Below, one piece after another: positions 1 to 8,720 of a DNA stretch of 31,924 bases. Source of the stretch: a virus (taxonomy: Duplodnaviria; Caudoviricetes). Position 1 is the stretch's first letter; every line of letters begins with the position of its first letter. The notes below the pieces were generated by a model. The model ran no database searches and was not told where the DNA came from. It worked only from the letters and a program-made list of their open reading frames with translations. The position numbers and the translations under genes were made by a program. The stretch is taken from positions 1-31,924 of the IMG/VR virus record IMGVR_UViG_3300005096_000012; one strand, 5' to 3'.

Positions 1-48
1 CTGTAATCAGTGTACTGATACGTTTCATACATTTGGTTTTTATCTATT

Positions 49-70
49 AAGGCAGAGCGAACTCTGCTTT
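49..70. terminator. Hairpin terminator where the two arms converge (probably bidirectional)
   Basis: AAGGCAGAG-CGAA-CTCTGCTTT; lies just past the amidase stop (- strand) and, if circular, at the end of the + arm. Confidence 0.65.
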
Positions 71-96
71 ACTATAAGTGTAGCACTAGATAGGTG

Positions 97-699
97 CTAT
101 TTACGTGCCATTGTGGATAACAGTAGTTTTAGCTTTAGTTTCAATACCTCTATAGTTAGCCGTAGAATGGTCTTCTGTAATGCATCCTTAGGATCTTTGT
201 CACCTATAAGAGCATCTAGTACCTGTTCTCGGTAGCCTTTAACCATTGCTGGCTTGTAGATAGTAACTTCCTTGTGATAGAAAGTATTATCTGCGGTGTA
301 TCTAACACTTGCTTCCTTGCCAACCTTTTTCATAAGAAAAACACATGCATTTACATCTTCTTCTGGCAGTATAGTGATATCTCCACCTGTAGGATATGTG
401 AATGAAACACCTACTGAGTTACGGTTAGGATTATCCTTTCCTTTTAACGTATTAAAAAATGCCCTTGCTCGTAAATTTGGACGTTTGATGACTCCTGCGT
501 GCCATGCACTATTCTTCCAGTTCACTAACTCATAAATCTTTCCGTTGTCGATAATGTAGTTGTAAGACAATTTTCTTGCTTTGAGCGTTGTAACTGCACC
601 TTCAACACCGCGACCTCCAGTGGTATGGAGCATAAAACTTCTAGGGTTGTTGTTCTCCCAGTAGTTCTTCAATGCGTATTTTTTGTTTATATTAAGCAT
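97..699 (-). CDS. Endolysin, N-acetylmuramoyl-L-alanine amidase (Amidase_2/PGRP-like), divergent
   Basis: MLHTTGG, SYNYII, AWHAG, NRNSVGV and YHKEV motifs; last gene of the late arm, after membrane proteins. Confidence 0.85.
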   Translation of the reverse strand: MLNINKKYALKNYWENNNPRSFMLHTTGGRGVEGAVTTLKARKLSYNYIIDNGKIYELVNWKNSAWHAGVIKRPNLRARAFFNTLKGKDNPNRNSVGVSFTYPTGGDITILPEEDVNACVFLMKKVGKEASVRYTADNTFYHKEVTIYKPAMVKGYREQVLDALIGDKDPKDALQKTILRLTIEVLKLKLKLLLSTMARK

Positions 700-799
700 A
701 CCTAGAACCTCGTGACTTACGTGGTGCTACTTTCTTACGTAGAATACCGTGCATAGGTTTCTTACTTGTTCCTTTTTTGACTGCTCTTACTTTTTTCAT
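692..799 (-). CDS. Small very basic peptide (35 aa, MKKVRAVKKGTSKKPMHGILRKKVAPRKSRGSRYA)
   Basis: Hand-translated; fills the gap between 802 and the amidase start, which it overlaps. Confidence 0.55.
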   Translation of the reverse strand: MKKVRAVKKGTSKKPMHGILRKKVAPRKSRGSRYA

Positions 800-801
800 A
801 G

Positions 802-1110
802 TTATTTTGTTACCTCAAACTCATAAGTTGATAATTCAGCTTGTACTGATGCTTGTACTTTGGTATCAATATCTCGTAACTCTAAGTACATATTAAACAC
901 TGCAAAAATTATTGCGACGGCAAAGACACCGGCAAATGCCCACAAGCCTTTTATGACAGTCCCTGCCCCAGTAAGCTGTTGCCTCCATGCTATAAGGTCT
1001 TTAACTTTTCCATTGGTGAACTTCACTTCTTTACCAATGTTAGTCAGCTCTTTCGAGATGTGCTCAAACATAGCTTTAATCTCTCTGTTTGTAAACGGGT
1101 CTTCATTCAT
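802..1110 (-). CDS. Single-TM membrane protein of the lysis module (coiled coil + TM)
   Basis: TNGKVKDLIAW followed by hydrophobic GLWAFAGVFAVAIIFAVF; position between holin and amidase. Confidence 0.6.
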   Translation of the reverse strand: MNEDPFTNREIKAMFEHISKELTNIGKEVKFTNGKVKDLIAWRQQLTGAGTVIKGLWAFAGVFAVAIIFAVFNMYLELRDIDTKVQASVQAELSTYEFEVTK

Positions 1111-1111
1111 A

Positions 1112-1282
1112 TTAATCGTACGACTGTGACGGATTCAGCTTCAAGTACCCTGCAATCATAGAGAACACTGCGTTGATAACCATAACTAATGTCGGGTCTA
1201 TGTCCCCCTGTATTGCAATAAAGCCGTTAGTAATAAAAGCAAATGCGAGTACCCAGATTGTTCTTGATTTTAATAGTTTCAT
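1112..1282 (-). CDS. Putative holin, 56 aa, two TM helices
   Basis: Hand-translated MKLLKSRTIWVLAFAFITNGFIAIQGDIDPTLVMVINAVFSMIAGYLKLNPSQSYD; KSRTxW start resembles small phage holins; below the ORF-track cutoff. Confidence 0.7.
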   Translation of the reverse strand: MKLLKSRTIWVLAFAFITNGFIAIQGDIDPTLVMVINAVFSMIAGYLKLNPSQSYD

Positions 1283-1625
1283 AATTTGTTGATTAAGTCA
1301 GCCTCTATTATATCATGCAGTGACCTGTACTTTCTACCCCACTTAAAGAAGAAGTAGGAGAACGGTAATAGTGTCAGGCCGAAGTAATAGAGATATGTTA
1401 TGAAGACATAGAATACTTTATGGTTAGAATCCAACGCATCAGAGAACATACGCCAACATAGTTGGTAGTCAGCGTTTATCTTTTGTCTGCAAGTCCACCT
1501 CCCCTGCCGTAGTTAAAGTCATGATGTCTACAGTCTGCTGTAAACATAAAGTCAGGCACCCAACTACACCCATCTCCAAACGTATCCCGTTGCTCTGGTG
1601 TTAAGTCTGAGAAGTGTGGTTTCAT
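1279..1625 (-). pseudogene. Phospholipase-A2-like (CxxHDxxY) membrane protein split by a frameshift near 1471-1474
   Basis: Frame 0 gives MKPHFSDLTPEQRDTFGDGCSWVPDFMFTADCRHHDFNYGRGGGLADKR-stop; the -1 frame continues INADYQLCWRMFSD...KL-TGA, overlapping the holin ATG (ATGA). Confidence 0.65.
1307..1315 (-). promoter_or_regulatory. Extended -10 promoter TGATATAAT upstream of the lysis genes
   Basis: Consensus TGnTATAAT 24 nt upstream of the holin ATG. Confidence 0.5.
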
Positions 1626-1626
1626 G

Positions 1627-2385
1627 TTAAGCTCCTAGCATTAATGCACCGCGTCTGACTGTTGGTGTGCCGCCTCCTGATGCATCATATGGGATACCGA
1701 TACCACCGTTATATAAAGTTGCGACATCTGATGGTGTAAGTATTTTTGTCCACAAGCCAACCTCGTCAAGCGCACCATTTAGATAAGCACCAGGGCCGTG
1801 GTGTGAGCCTAACCTGAAAGGATTTGTTGCAGCCAGAATTGTTGTTGCCCTAGCAGTGTCGGCAGTTATTGATACACTTGCTCCATTTCTGTACATTATA
1901 ATACTCCCTGTTAAATTTACAGTTACTAAAATATGCACCCAGTTACCAACGTCTGCTGACACAAAAAATGCAGACGCTGATATATCGGTCGTATCTGCTG
2001 TCGCGTTCCAATAATAAAGACGTAACTTATTATCATTTGTCATAAATAACCGATACCCACTATCCCCTGTTCCAAACGCTTTATTCACTAGCTCGTTATC
2101 TACAGAAGGGAGTGTGGTTAGTTTAACCCACAGAGAAATACTAAAGTCTGTTGTAACATCAAGTCCTGTTTGACTTGCGTTTGTAATCTCTAAATACTCA
2201 GAGTTTACAGCAGTAAATTTCGCAGCATTTCCTTGAATACCCGATGTGTCTTGTGTGACTGTATTAATGTCAGTAAGGTTGTTTGTGCTATGGCTATCAA
2301 CACGTGTACCAGAAGCCTCCTCAAGTTCCCAATATGAAACAAGACTTGCATCTCCTAAACTAGTATCATTCTTAACATCTGACAT
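1627..2385 (-). CDS. LamG/concanavalin-A-like lectin domain virion protein
   Basis: LVSYWELEE, FSISLWVK, WVHILVT, GALDEVGLWTKILTPSDVATLYN. Confidence 0.85.
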   Translation of the reverse strand: MSDVKNDTSLGDASLVSYWELEEASGTRVDSHSTNNLTDINTVTQDTSGIQGNAAKFTAVNSEYLEITNASQTGLDVTTDFSISLWVKLTTLPSVDNELVNKAFGTGDSGYRLFMTNDNKLRLYYWNATADTTDISASAFFVSADVGNWVHILVTVNLTGSIIMYRNGASVSITADTARATTILAATNPFRLGSHHGPGAYLNGALDEVGLWTKILTPSDVATLYNGGIGIPYDASGGGTPTVRRGALMLGA

Positions 2386-2386
2386 A

Positions 2387-2830
2387 CTATACCGTTACAG
2401 TTGTTATACTTGCTTTAATAGATTGTACCGTTGCTTCTTTTTCTACTGTGATTGCTTGTTCCTGTTTTGCTTTCTTAGCTTTAATCAAAGCACCTGCAAG
2501 TTTTTCTGCAACCATTGAGTCTATCAGTTTGCTGATTTCTTTTTCAAGATACATCAGTGGTGTATCAGGGTTTGCAATATATACATCTACAGGTTGAGTA
2601 CGTTGTTTTCCTTGTACCTGTTTTACAGTTCCATCTGTCTGTACTTCATCTGTCATGTCATAAATAGCGTTCCCTTTTGCATCTACTGATGGTTCCAATG
2701 GCACATTACCATTGATATCTAGTTTTGTTGTGTCCACAATCTTATCAGGATATCCAAGCTCATTAGCTACTGTTGGTGCTAAGGTGTCGTCAAATTGAAG
2801 TGTTTTGTTTAGTGTGATTGTCTTTATCAT
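2387..2830 (-). CDS. Hypothetical protein of the tail module
   Basis: Tightly packed 147-aa ORF on the coding strand. Confidence 0.6.
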   Translation of the reverse strand: MIKTITLNKTLQFDDTLAPTVANELGYPDKIVDTTKLDINGNVPLEPSVDAKGNAIYDMTDEVQTDGTVKQVQGKQRTQPVDVYIANPDTPLMYLEKEISKLIDSMVAEKLAGALIKAKKAKQEQAITVEKEATVQSIKASITTVTV

Positions 2831-2844
2831 AATATATTAGTTAC

Positions 2845-4605
2845 TTAGTAAATCTCGCTACTCATAGCATGGTAATTAGTACCATCCCATAAGTATGTTA
2901 TTTCGACACGTTGCCCAGCAGTTGCACCAGTGAACGTTGGAAATGCACCCATCTCAATAACGCTTGCAGGGTGTGTGATATCCCAACCGCCAGTGGCATC
3001 CCATGTATAAATTACCAGTACGGTTGTTGCATTGAGTGTTGTTGGTGCTGTGAATGTGAGTGTTACAGAGCCAGTAAGCGTCACTGTTTGGTACTTCCCA
3101 TTATTGGTATTGATAGTTAAAGCTGTACCAGAGTTCCCATTTGCATAAAATGAAGCATCACCTAGCAGGTTTTTATTCAGGTCAAAGTTCCCCCCTGCCT
3201 GTGGTGTAGTGTCCTCCAGTACATTCGCAATCTTACCATTCCATGTACTTGCACTTGCAATGTTTCCGTCAGGAAGTAGCCCTGTCACATGATTGGCAAG
3301 GTCGATAAGTGCTCGTGTAATAATCTGCCCTACGATTGTGAGGTAGTTAGGTGTTCCTGCTAGGGTTACATCTGTACTGTTGTCGGTTCCTGCTGGGTCT
3401 GCTCCTACTTGTGCAGCGGTGTAGTCACCATTTTGTGCTGTTACCGTACCACTACGGCCAAACACAGATTGTACCGCGTCTGTAGGGGTAAGTAGCTCCT
3501 GCCAGTCTGTCATCGCCGCGTTGGTACTGTTGAGTGCTATGTACGACTTGTTAAGGTCTGAACGTACTGCAACGTCACCCTCCTGTACTGTCAGAGCAAG
3601 TTGAGCTAGTTCAGTAGCTACTACAGACGTTGTGGAGATAGCCAGTGCAGGTAGTTGTAGCGGGTTAATCTTTCCACTTCCATCAAGTCCTGCATAACCA
3701 CTTACTGCATCTTTATTTGCGACTTGTTCTGCTGTAACAGCCAAGTCACCCTCCGCACCTGTAGCATAGTCTGATTCTACGAAGTCTGTTATATCTACTT
3801 TGGTATGCGTATGTACTGTAGGTGCATCGCCTACGTACATAGGAGTACCGTCTGAGATAACCCCGTTTAGCTGTGCTTTAGTGGTTGATGCGAACTGGGA
3901 TAATGGATCTGCGGTAAGTGCATCTCCTCCTCCTGCAAGCGCTACCGTTTCAAGTGCGTCCTCTGCACCGTTTACACGCACAACTTCTAATCCCCTCGTT
4001 GCGAAGGAAGTAAAGGTATCTGAAAGTGATAGGAAGTTAGAAGCTCCACTACTACCTCCACCAGAACCAATAAATACTTTCTTAGTATTCTCTAGTTCCT
4101 TTAGTAATACATCTAGTCCTTTACCGGTAACTGAGTCCTCAATAGCCTTAGTCTGTAACCGTTCTCCCTCTGGAAGCAACTCCAGTGCCGAAGCAATATC
4201 CCCACCAATAACAGGTACTTGTTTTACAAGCTCATCAAGCATATCAACCTTATCCGCTTCTGGTAGCGTCACACCGCTTAAAACTTCTTTAATGATACGG
4301 TCATAGTCAATCATTGCATCAAGTCCCTTGTCACCTTTTATAGTCTGTGGTATCAGTGGTCGTATTAAAGCAATGAGTTCTTTCTTTGTTGGTGCATCTC
4401 CTTTGTCACCCTTAATAGAGTCACCCTTATCTCCTTTTATAGAGTCACCCTTATCACCTTTTAATGTATCAAGAGTCTTTACATCCACCTCTTTCAGCTT
4501 CTCGGAAACATCATCAAGAACCTCCTGTATATCAACAGTCTGTGTGACAAGTGCTAACATGCCATCTTGATTAAACATCTTTGCTACTTTTTCTCTATTT
4601 ACCAT
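2845..4605 (-). CDS. Tail fibre / receptor-binding protein with short collagen-like GDK repeats
   Basis: KGDKGDSI repeats, GGGSSG linker, VQSVFGRSGTVTAQNGDYTAAQVGA fibre repeat, Thr-rich beta C-terminus. Confidence 0.75.
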   Translation of the reverse strand: MVNREKVAKMFNQDGMLALVTQTVDIQEVLDDVSEKLKEVDVKTLDTLKGDKGDSIKGDKGDSIKGDKGDAPTKKELIALIRPLIPQTIKGDKGLDAMIDYDRIIKEVLSGVTLPEADKVDMLDELVKQVPVIGGDIASALELLPEGERLQTKAIEDSVTGKGLDVLLKELENTKKVFIGSGGGSSGASNFLSLSDTFTSFATRGLEVVRVNGAEDALETVALAGGGDALTADPLSQFASTTKAQLNGVISDGTPMYVGDAPTVHTHTKVDITDFVESDYATGAEGDLAVTAEQVANKDAVSGYAGLDGSGKINPLQLPALAISTTSVVATELAQLALTVQEGDVAVRSDLNKSYIALNSTNAAMTDWQELLTPTDAVQSVFGRSGTVTAQNGDYTAAQVGADPAGTDNSTDVTLAGTPNYLTIVGQIITRALIDLANHVTGLLPDGNIASASTWNGKIANVLEDTTPQAGGNFDLNKNLLGDASFYANGNSGTALTINTNNGKYQTVTLTGSVTLTFTAPTTLNATTVLVIYTWDATGGWDITHPASVIEMGAFPTFTGATAGQRVEITYLWDGTNYHAMSSEIY

Positions 4606-4681
4606 ACACTTTAATTACCTCCATGAGATTCATCAAGTCTTTAAGAGCCTTTTTTAATTTTACTAAATCACTGTAATACAT
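4595..4681 (-). CDS. Putative 28-aa leader ORF overlapping the tail-fibre start
   Basis: MYYSDLVKLKKALKDLMNLMEVIKVYGK; ATG 9 nt downstream of TGGTATAAT (4691-4699). Confidence 0.4.
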   Translation of the reverse strand: MYYSDLVKLKKALKDLMNLMEVIKVYGK

Positions 4682-4699
4682 ATTTGATTTATTATACCA

Positions 4700-6721
4700 T
4701 TATATACGTGGTGTGCGTGACTTTCTTTGCCGTTTAGAACGGAAGCGATACTTTCTAAACACTTCGTTTTTAATCTTTGCACGTTTAGAAGCAAGTACCC
4801 TTCTCTTATCATCGTTTGACAATGATTGATATTTTTCATTATTTGACAAAGTTTGTATCCACTCGCCAACTATGTCGTTATACTCCTTGTTTGCTTCAAC
4901 AAACTTTTTATCACCAATTGATTCTTTAAACTGTTTCATTTCTTTACTTGGATTCATGTTCCAGTTAGTACCAGATTGAGGTCTTGTATTTGCATTAATT
5001 CCAAACACATCAACTATCACACCTAGTACAGCAGATACCGATGCATCATCTTTCAGCTCAATAGCATTTTGTAATGATATAGGTACCGTTGTCCCATATA
5101 CAAATGAGCCACCTGTAGGTTTTGTATTCTGATAAGTTCTACCTTTTGCAAACTGTAATATCTGGTTTACCAATGGTGTTGTTTTACCTACACCAAAATC
5201 AGATAACGCATCCCATCTTGAACGATCACCGAAACCAGAGCCAAACTCACTTACAACACCAGTAGTTGCACTCTTTGATTCACCTGTAATCATTCGTGAA
5301 GCCAAGACAGCTAGTGAACCTATACCTGCTGTATAGCTAAAAGTAGTATTACCTACTTTAATCTTCCCAAAGTTTGAACTTCGGGGGTCGGTTTCAGCAC
5401 TTCCTGGACTAATAGCATTAGCCGTCTTCATTATCATTGCAGTAGAGCCAATTATCTTAACAAGGTTTTTTGCTGCTTCTTTACGAGCAAATGCAGTTGT
5501 TAATCCTGAACCAAGTGAGTGTCCAGTTAAAACGTCCCAGTTAGCCTTAAGCATACGTGGCGCCCAAAATACCAGTTTTATTACTGGGGAGTCACCAATC
5601 TTTCCAAACTTACCACGAGATGTAAGTGAGTTTACAAGAGTACCAATGTCTTCTATTTGTTTTTTATCCCATTTAACACCATTTTTTATGGCTTGTTTTT
5701 TGTACATATCAAACAAATCCATGCGCACTCGTTCCGCTGCACCAGTAAAGGATAAGTCAGCTGCTTTAAATATTCTACCCAATACAGGTATTTTTTCTTG
5801 TCTTTTTGTTGGGATAGCTTCTTCAAACTCTGTTATTATTTTAGCGGTCTTATAATCACCGTTCATATAATTCTTTCTTGAAAATCTATCTGCAAGTTGT
5901 GCAAGCTCAACTTTCTTTCCACCACCTTTTGTAGCAATAGTTCTACCAAAATCCTTTAAAGAGTTGACCGCCATAGGTAACCACTTAGAAGGATTTGTAT
6001 ATAGTGTAAACAATCCTTGCCTCCCCATAAATGATGCGTCCCATGAAGCAACAAGTGATATTGCTAAATCAGATATACCTTTAACGGTTTGTATAACTAG
6101 TTTAGCTGTTGCTGTTGGTATGTCCTCTTTAAATGCTTCCTTAGTATTTCTTCCAAACTCTTTAAGTATACCGACTAAATCCTTGTTGCCAGTCATAAGG
6201 TCATCTTTATATACCTTTAATAACGCTTCTGCCGCACCGAAGTCCATTCTTTCCTTACTTTTTTCTGGTGCTTTATCCGCTTTTATTCGTAATTTTTCTG
6301 CGTTATTTTGTAGGGTAGATAGGTTTTTAGCTTCTGCTCTAGTAACGTGTGTTCCTAACATCTTATCTGCTAACGCATTATAAAAGTTCTCATTTTCTTT
6401 TGGAGAAAAAATTCGCTCTTTTTGTTTTGCTTTAAATTCATCAAGTGCTTTTTTTATTTCAGCTTTCTTTGCAGGACTATACTTTCCAAGTTCACCGATT
6501 TTACTAACAGCGTTTTTCATGCCTAACACCTTGTTTTTTAAAATACGCTTCTGTTCAAACAGCAAAACAATATCTTTTGTATTTGCTCCTGCATATGGTT
6601 TAAGTTTTTTGGTTAATTCTTCTGTAGATAAATTAAACAGATCACCCATTTTAATCTCCCCTTTAGCAATAGCGCTACGGAAAGCATTGACATTTTCTTT
6701 TAGTATACAAGTTTTTGCCAT
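4700..6721 (-). CDS. Probable internal virion/ejection protein
   Basis: 673 aa, helical and basic, DPRSSNFGKIKVGNT motif; third of three large genes after the tail nozzle, the usual podovirus position. Confidence 0.55.
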   Translation of the reverse strand: MAKTCILKENVNAFRSAIAKGEIKMGDLFNLSTEELTKKLKPYAGANTKDIVLLFEQKRILKNKVLGMKNAVSKIGELGKYSPAKKAEIKKALDEFKAKQKERIFSPKENENFYNALADKMLGTHVTRAEAKNLSTLQNNAEKLRIKADKAPEKSKERMDFGAAEALLKVYKDDLMTGNKDLVGILKEFGRNTKEAFKEDIPTATAKLVIQTVKGISDLAISLVASWDASFMGRQGLFTLYTNPSKWLPMAVNSLKDFGRTIATKGGGKKVELAQLADRFSRKNYMNGDYKTAKIITEFEEAIPTKRQEKIPVLGRIFKAADLSFTGAAERVRMDLFDMYKKQAIKNGVKWDKKQIEDIGTLVNSLTSRGKFGKIGDSPVIKLVFWAPRMLKANWDVLTGHSLGSGLTTAFARKEAAKNLVKIIGSTAMIMKTANAISPGSAETDPRSSNFGKIKVGNTTFSYTAGIGSLAVLASRMITGESKSATTGVVSEFGSGFGDRSRWDALSDFGVGKTTPLVNQILQFAKGRTYQNTKPTGGSFVYGTTVPISLQNAIELKDDASVSAVLGVIVDVFGINANTRPQSGTNWNMNPSKEMKQFKESIGDKKFVEANKEYNDIVGEWIQTLSNNEKYQSLSNDDKRRVLASKRAKIKNEVFRKYRFRSKRQRKSRTPRI

Positions 6722-6723
6722 AT

Positions 6724-8718
6724 TTAACAGGTTATTTCATTAATAAACTTATCCCAGTTTAGTTGGTCTTTTTCTACTTTCGTTTTCTTTAAGTTTTTCA
6801 CAATAGAAGCTTTCTTCTTATCGTAGTTAGGTACTCTATCTTGTCGAGCTTTTGCAACATCTTTTATGTGACCAATAACAGGATTAAGTTGACTAAATGC
6901 TTGTATTCTCTGTCCGAGCAACCTACTTTCTTGCAACAATCCAGACTCGTTAGCTAGTTTCCTCATTGCTTCCACATTGCCAGTAGCACTAGCATAGTTT
7001 GTTACTGATACCAACACATCTTCTGGAAGCATCCCCGCAGGTGCGGGTTTCTCTCCCATAGCTACTTTAAATGCTTCGTTTGGATTATTTAATGTGAACT
7101 CATCAGTCTTTTTTATATCTTCTTTCTTAATACGCCTTTCCAGTTTTGGCAAATCATTAAAACGCTTATCAAAGCCTAATATCATCTTTTCCTTGATTGC
7201 TTTACGTTTGATACTCTGTGCCAAACTACTTTTTGTTTCAGTAGGTACAAAGGTTACGTCATCTTTTTTAGACGCATTTTTAGGTTTATTACTTTTTTTT
7301 GCAGACTCTTTCTTAGTAGTCTTAGGAGACTCTTTCTTTACTTTAATACCAAGTAAACTTTCTTTTCCTCTTAATTTAGACAGTGCATTTTGTTCCAACT
7401 TATCTAGTACAAGTTTATTAGTAACTGGTACTTTGATAATATCAGCAGGTGCAATAGACCGTACTTCACCATTTTTTGATTTGACTCTTATCTTTCCAAA
7501 AGCTACACCTACAACTTCACCAGTTCCTCCACTAACTATCTTTACTTTCTTACCTTTATAGTTTGCTTCAAGTTTCTTTTTTGCATTTGCAAATTCTATT
7601 TTAGTTGGTTTTCTTTCTAATCCACGTTTTATAGCAGATACTTCAAAACCACTTGCTTTCAACCTCGCCTGTTTTCTAGTACCTTTTTCGTTACGGTTTA
7701 TTGAAACTTTTTCTTTAGAAGAAACATTTTTTACTCTTGCAAGTAACGAACTAATTTTAGTTGTAGGTGCTAATTCCTTTGTGAGTTCTGCTTTTCTGAC
7801 AACTTCTTTTGTTTTTAATGCTCGTTTTGTTGACTGACGTTCTAAGCTATCGAGTAATAGCTCCTTAGTAGTTTTACCTGTGTCCTGAATAACTACATTA
7901 TTAGCTTTTGTAACTGCTTCATCAAGTACACTTGACGGTACTTTCTTACCAGACTCTAACCTATTAGCAACAGGTTTCATTATCGTGACAACTTCATCTT
8001 TTGCTTTGTTTGATAAAACTTTCTTAAATCCATTCCGCGTCAATGCTCCAGACTTGCCTAAAAGAAACCCTCCGCCAGAAAACAAAGCTAGTCCAATAGC
8101 ATCGTTTTTTAGCTGGTCAATCCTTGTCCCGTTTTTCTCGTCATATAGTATCTGCCCAGTACCGAGAAAACCTACTGCGTCTGCTACTGCTGGTATATAT
8201 TTAGCAACTTTAGGTGCTAGTTTGAGCGACTCTAAAGTAAGCTGTGTGCCTTTTGCAACCCTACTATAGGGTAAAAGGTATCCAAGAAAATTACCTGTAT
8301 CATATGCTTTTTTTTCGTTTCCACTACGCTGTAAGTCATCCATCACAGTTGATAACTCAGAGAATACATTTTTCTCTTCTGGTTTAGTCTTTATCCCAAT
8401 TTTATTTAATCCCTTTTTCTCTAAGTTTAAAACATAAGTACCTATATCAGTCAAAAAACCAAGTGGTTTTAAAACACCAGTAGAAACAATACCCTGTCCA
8501 GTAGTTACAGGATTTTGTACCGCTTGTGATACATAACTAGGTACCTGTTTAATACCTTGTAATGCACTGCTACCAAAGCCTTTAATCTTATCGAATAAAG
8601 AAATATCCTGTTGCACAGGTTGTGTAACCGTAGCAGTTGGTTGTCTTGACTGACTCCAATTAGAAACAGACTGACTTTGAGTTTGTATTCCCTTTTTCCA
8701 ATCTGAAACTGATATCAT
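6724..8718 (-). CDS. Probable internal virion/ejection protein (Lys-rich)
   Basis: 664 aa, Gly/Ala amphipathic N-half, very basic C-half; synteny. Confidence 0.5.
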   Translation of the reverse strand: MISVSDWKKGIQTQSQSVSNWSQSRQPTATVTQPVQQDISLFDKIKGFGSSALQGIKQVPSYVSQAVQNPVTTGQGIVSTGVLKPLGFLTDIGTYVLNLEKKGLNKIGIKTKPEEKNVFSELSTVMDDLQRSGNEKKAYDTGNFLGYLLPYSRVAKGTQLTLESLKLAPKVAKYIPAVADAVGFLGTGQILYDEKNGTRIDQLKNDAIGLALFSGGGFLLGKSGALTRNGFKKVLSNKAKDEVVTIMKPVANRLESGKKVPSSVLDEAVTKANNVVIQDTGKTTKELLLDSLERQSTKRALKTKEVVRKAELTKELAPTTKISSLLARVKNVSSKEKVSINRNEKGTRKQARLKASGFEVSAIKRGLERKPTKIEFANAKKKLEANYKGKKVKIVSGGTGEVVGVAFGKIRVKSKNGEVRSIAPADIIKVPVTNKLVLDKLEQNALSKLRGKESLLGIKVKKESPKTTKKESAKKSNKPKNASKKDDVTFVPTETKSSLAQSIKRKAIKEKMILGFDKRFNDLPKLERRIKKEDIKKTDEFTLNNPNEAFKVAMGEKPAPAGMLPEDVLVSVTNYASATGNVEAMRKLANESGLLQESRLLGQRIQAFSQLNPVIGHIKDVAKARQDRVPNYDKKKASIVKNLKKTKVEKDQLNWDKFINEITC

Positions 8719-8720
8719 GT

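Noticed and set aside
4395-4465. 24-nt near-tandem repeats
   Set aside because: They encode the collagen-like KGDKGDSI repeat; no spacers, so not CRISPR
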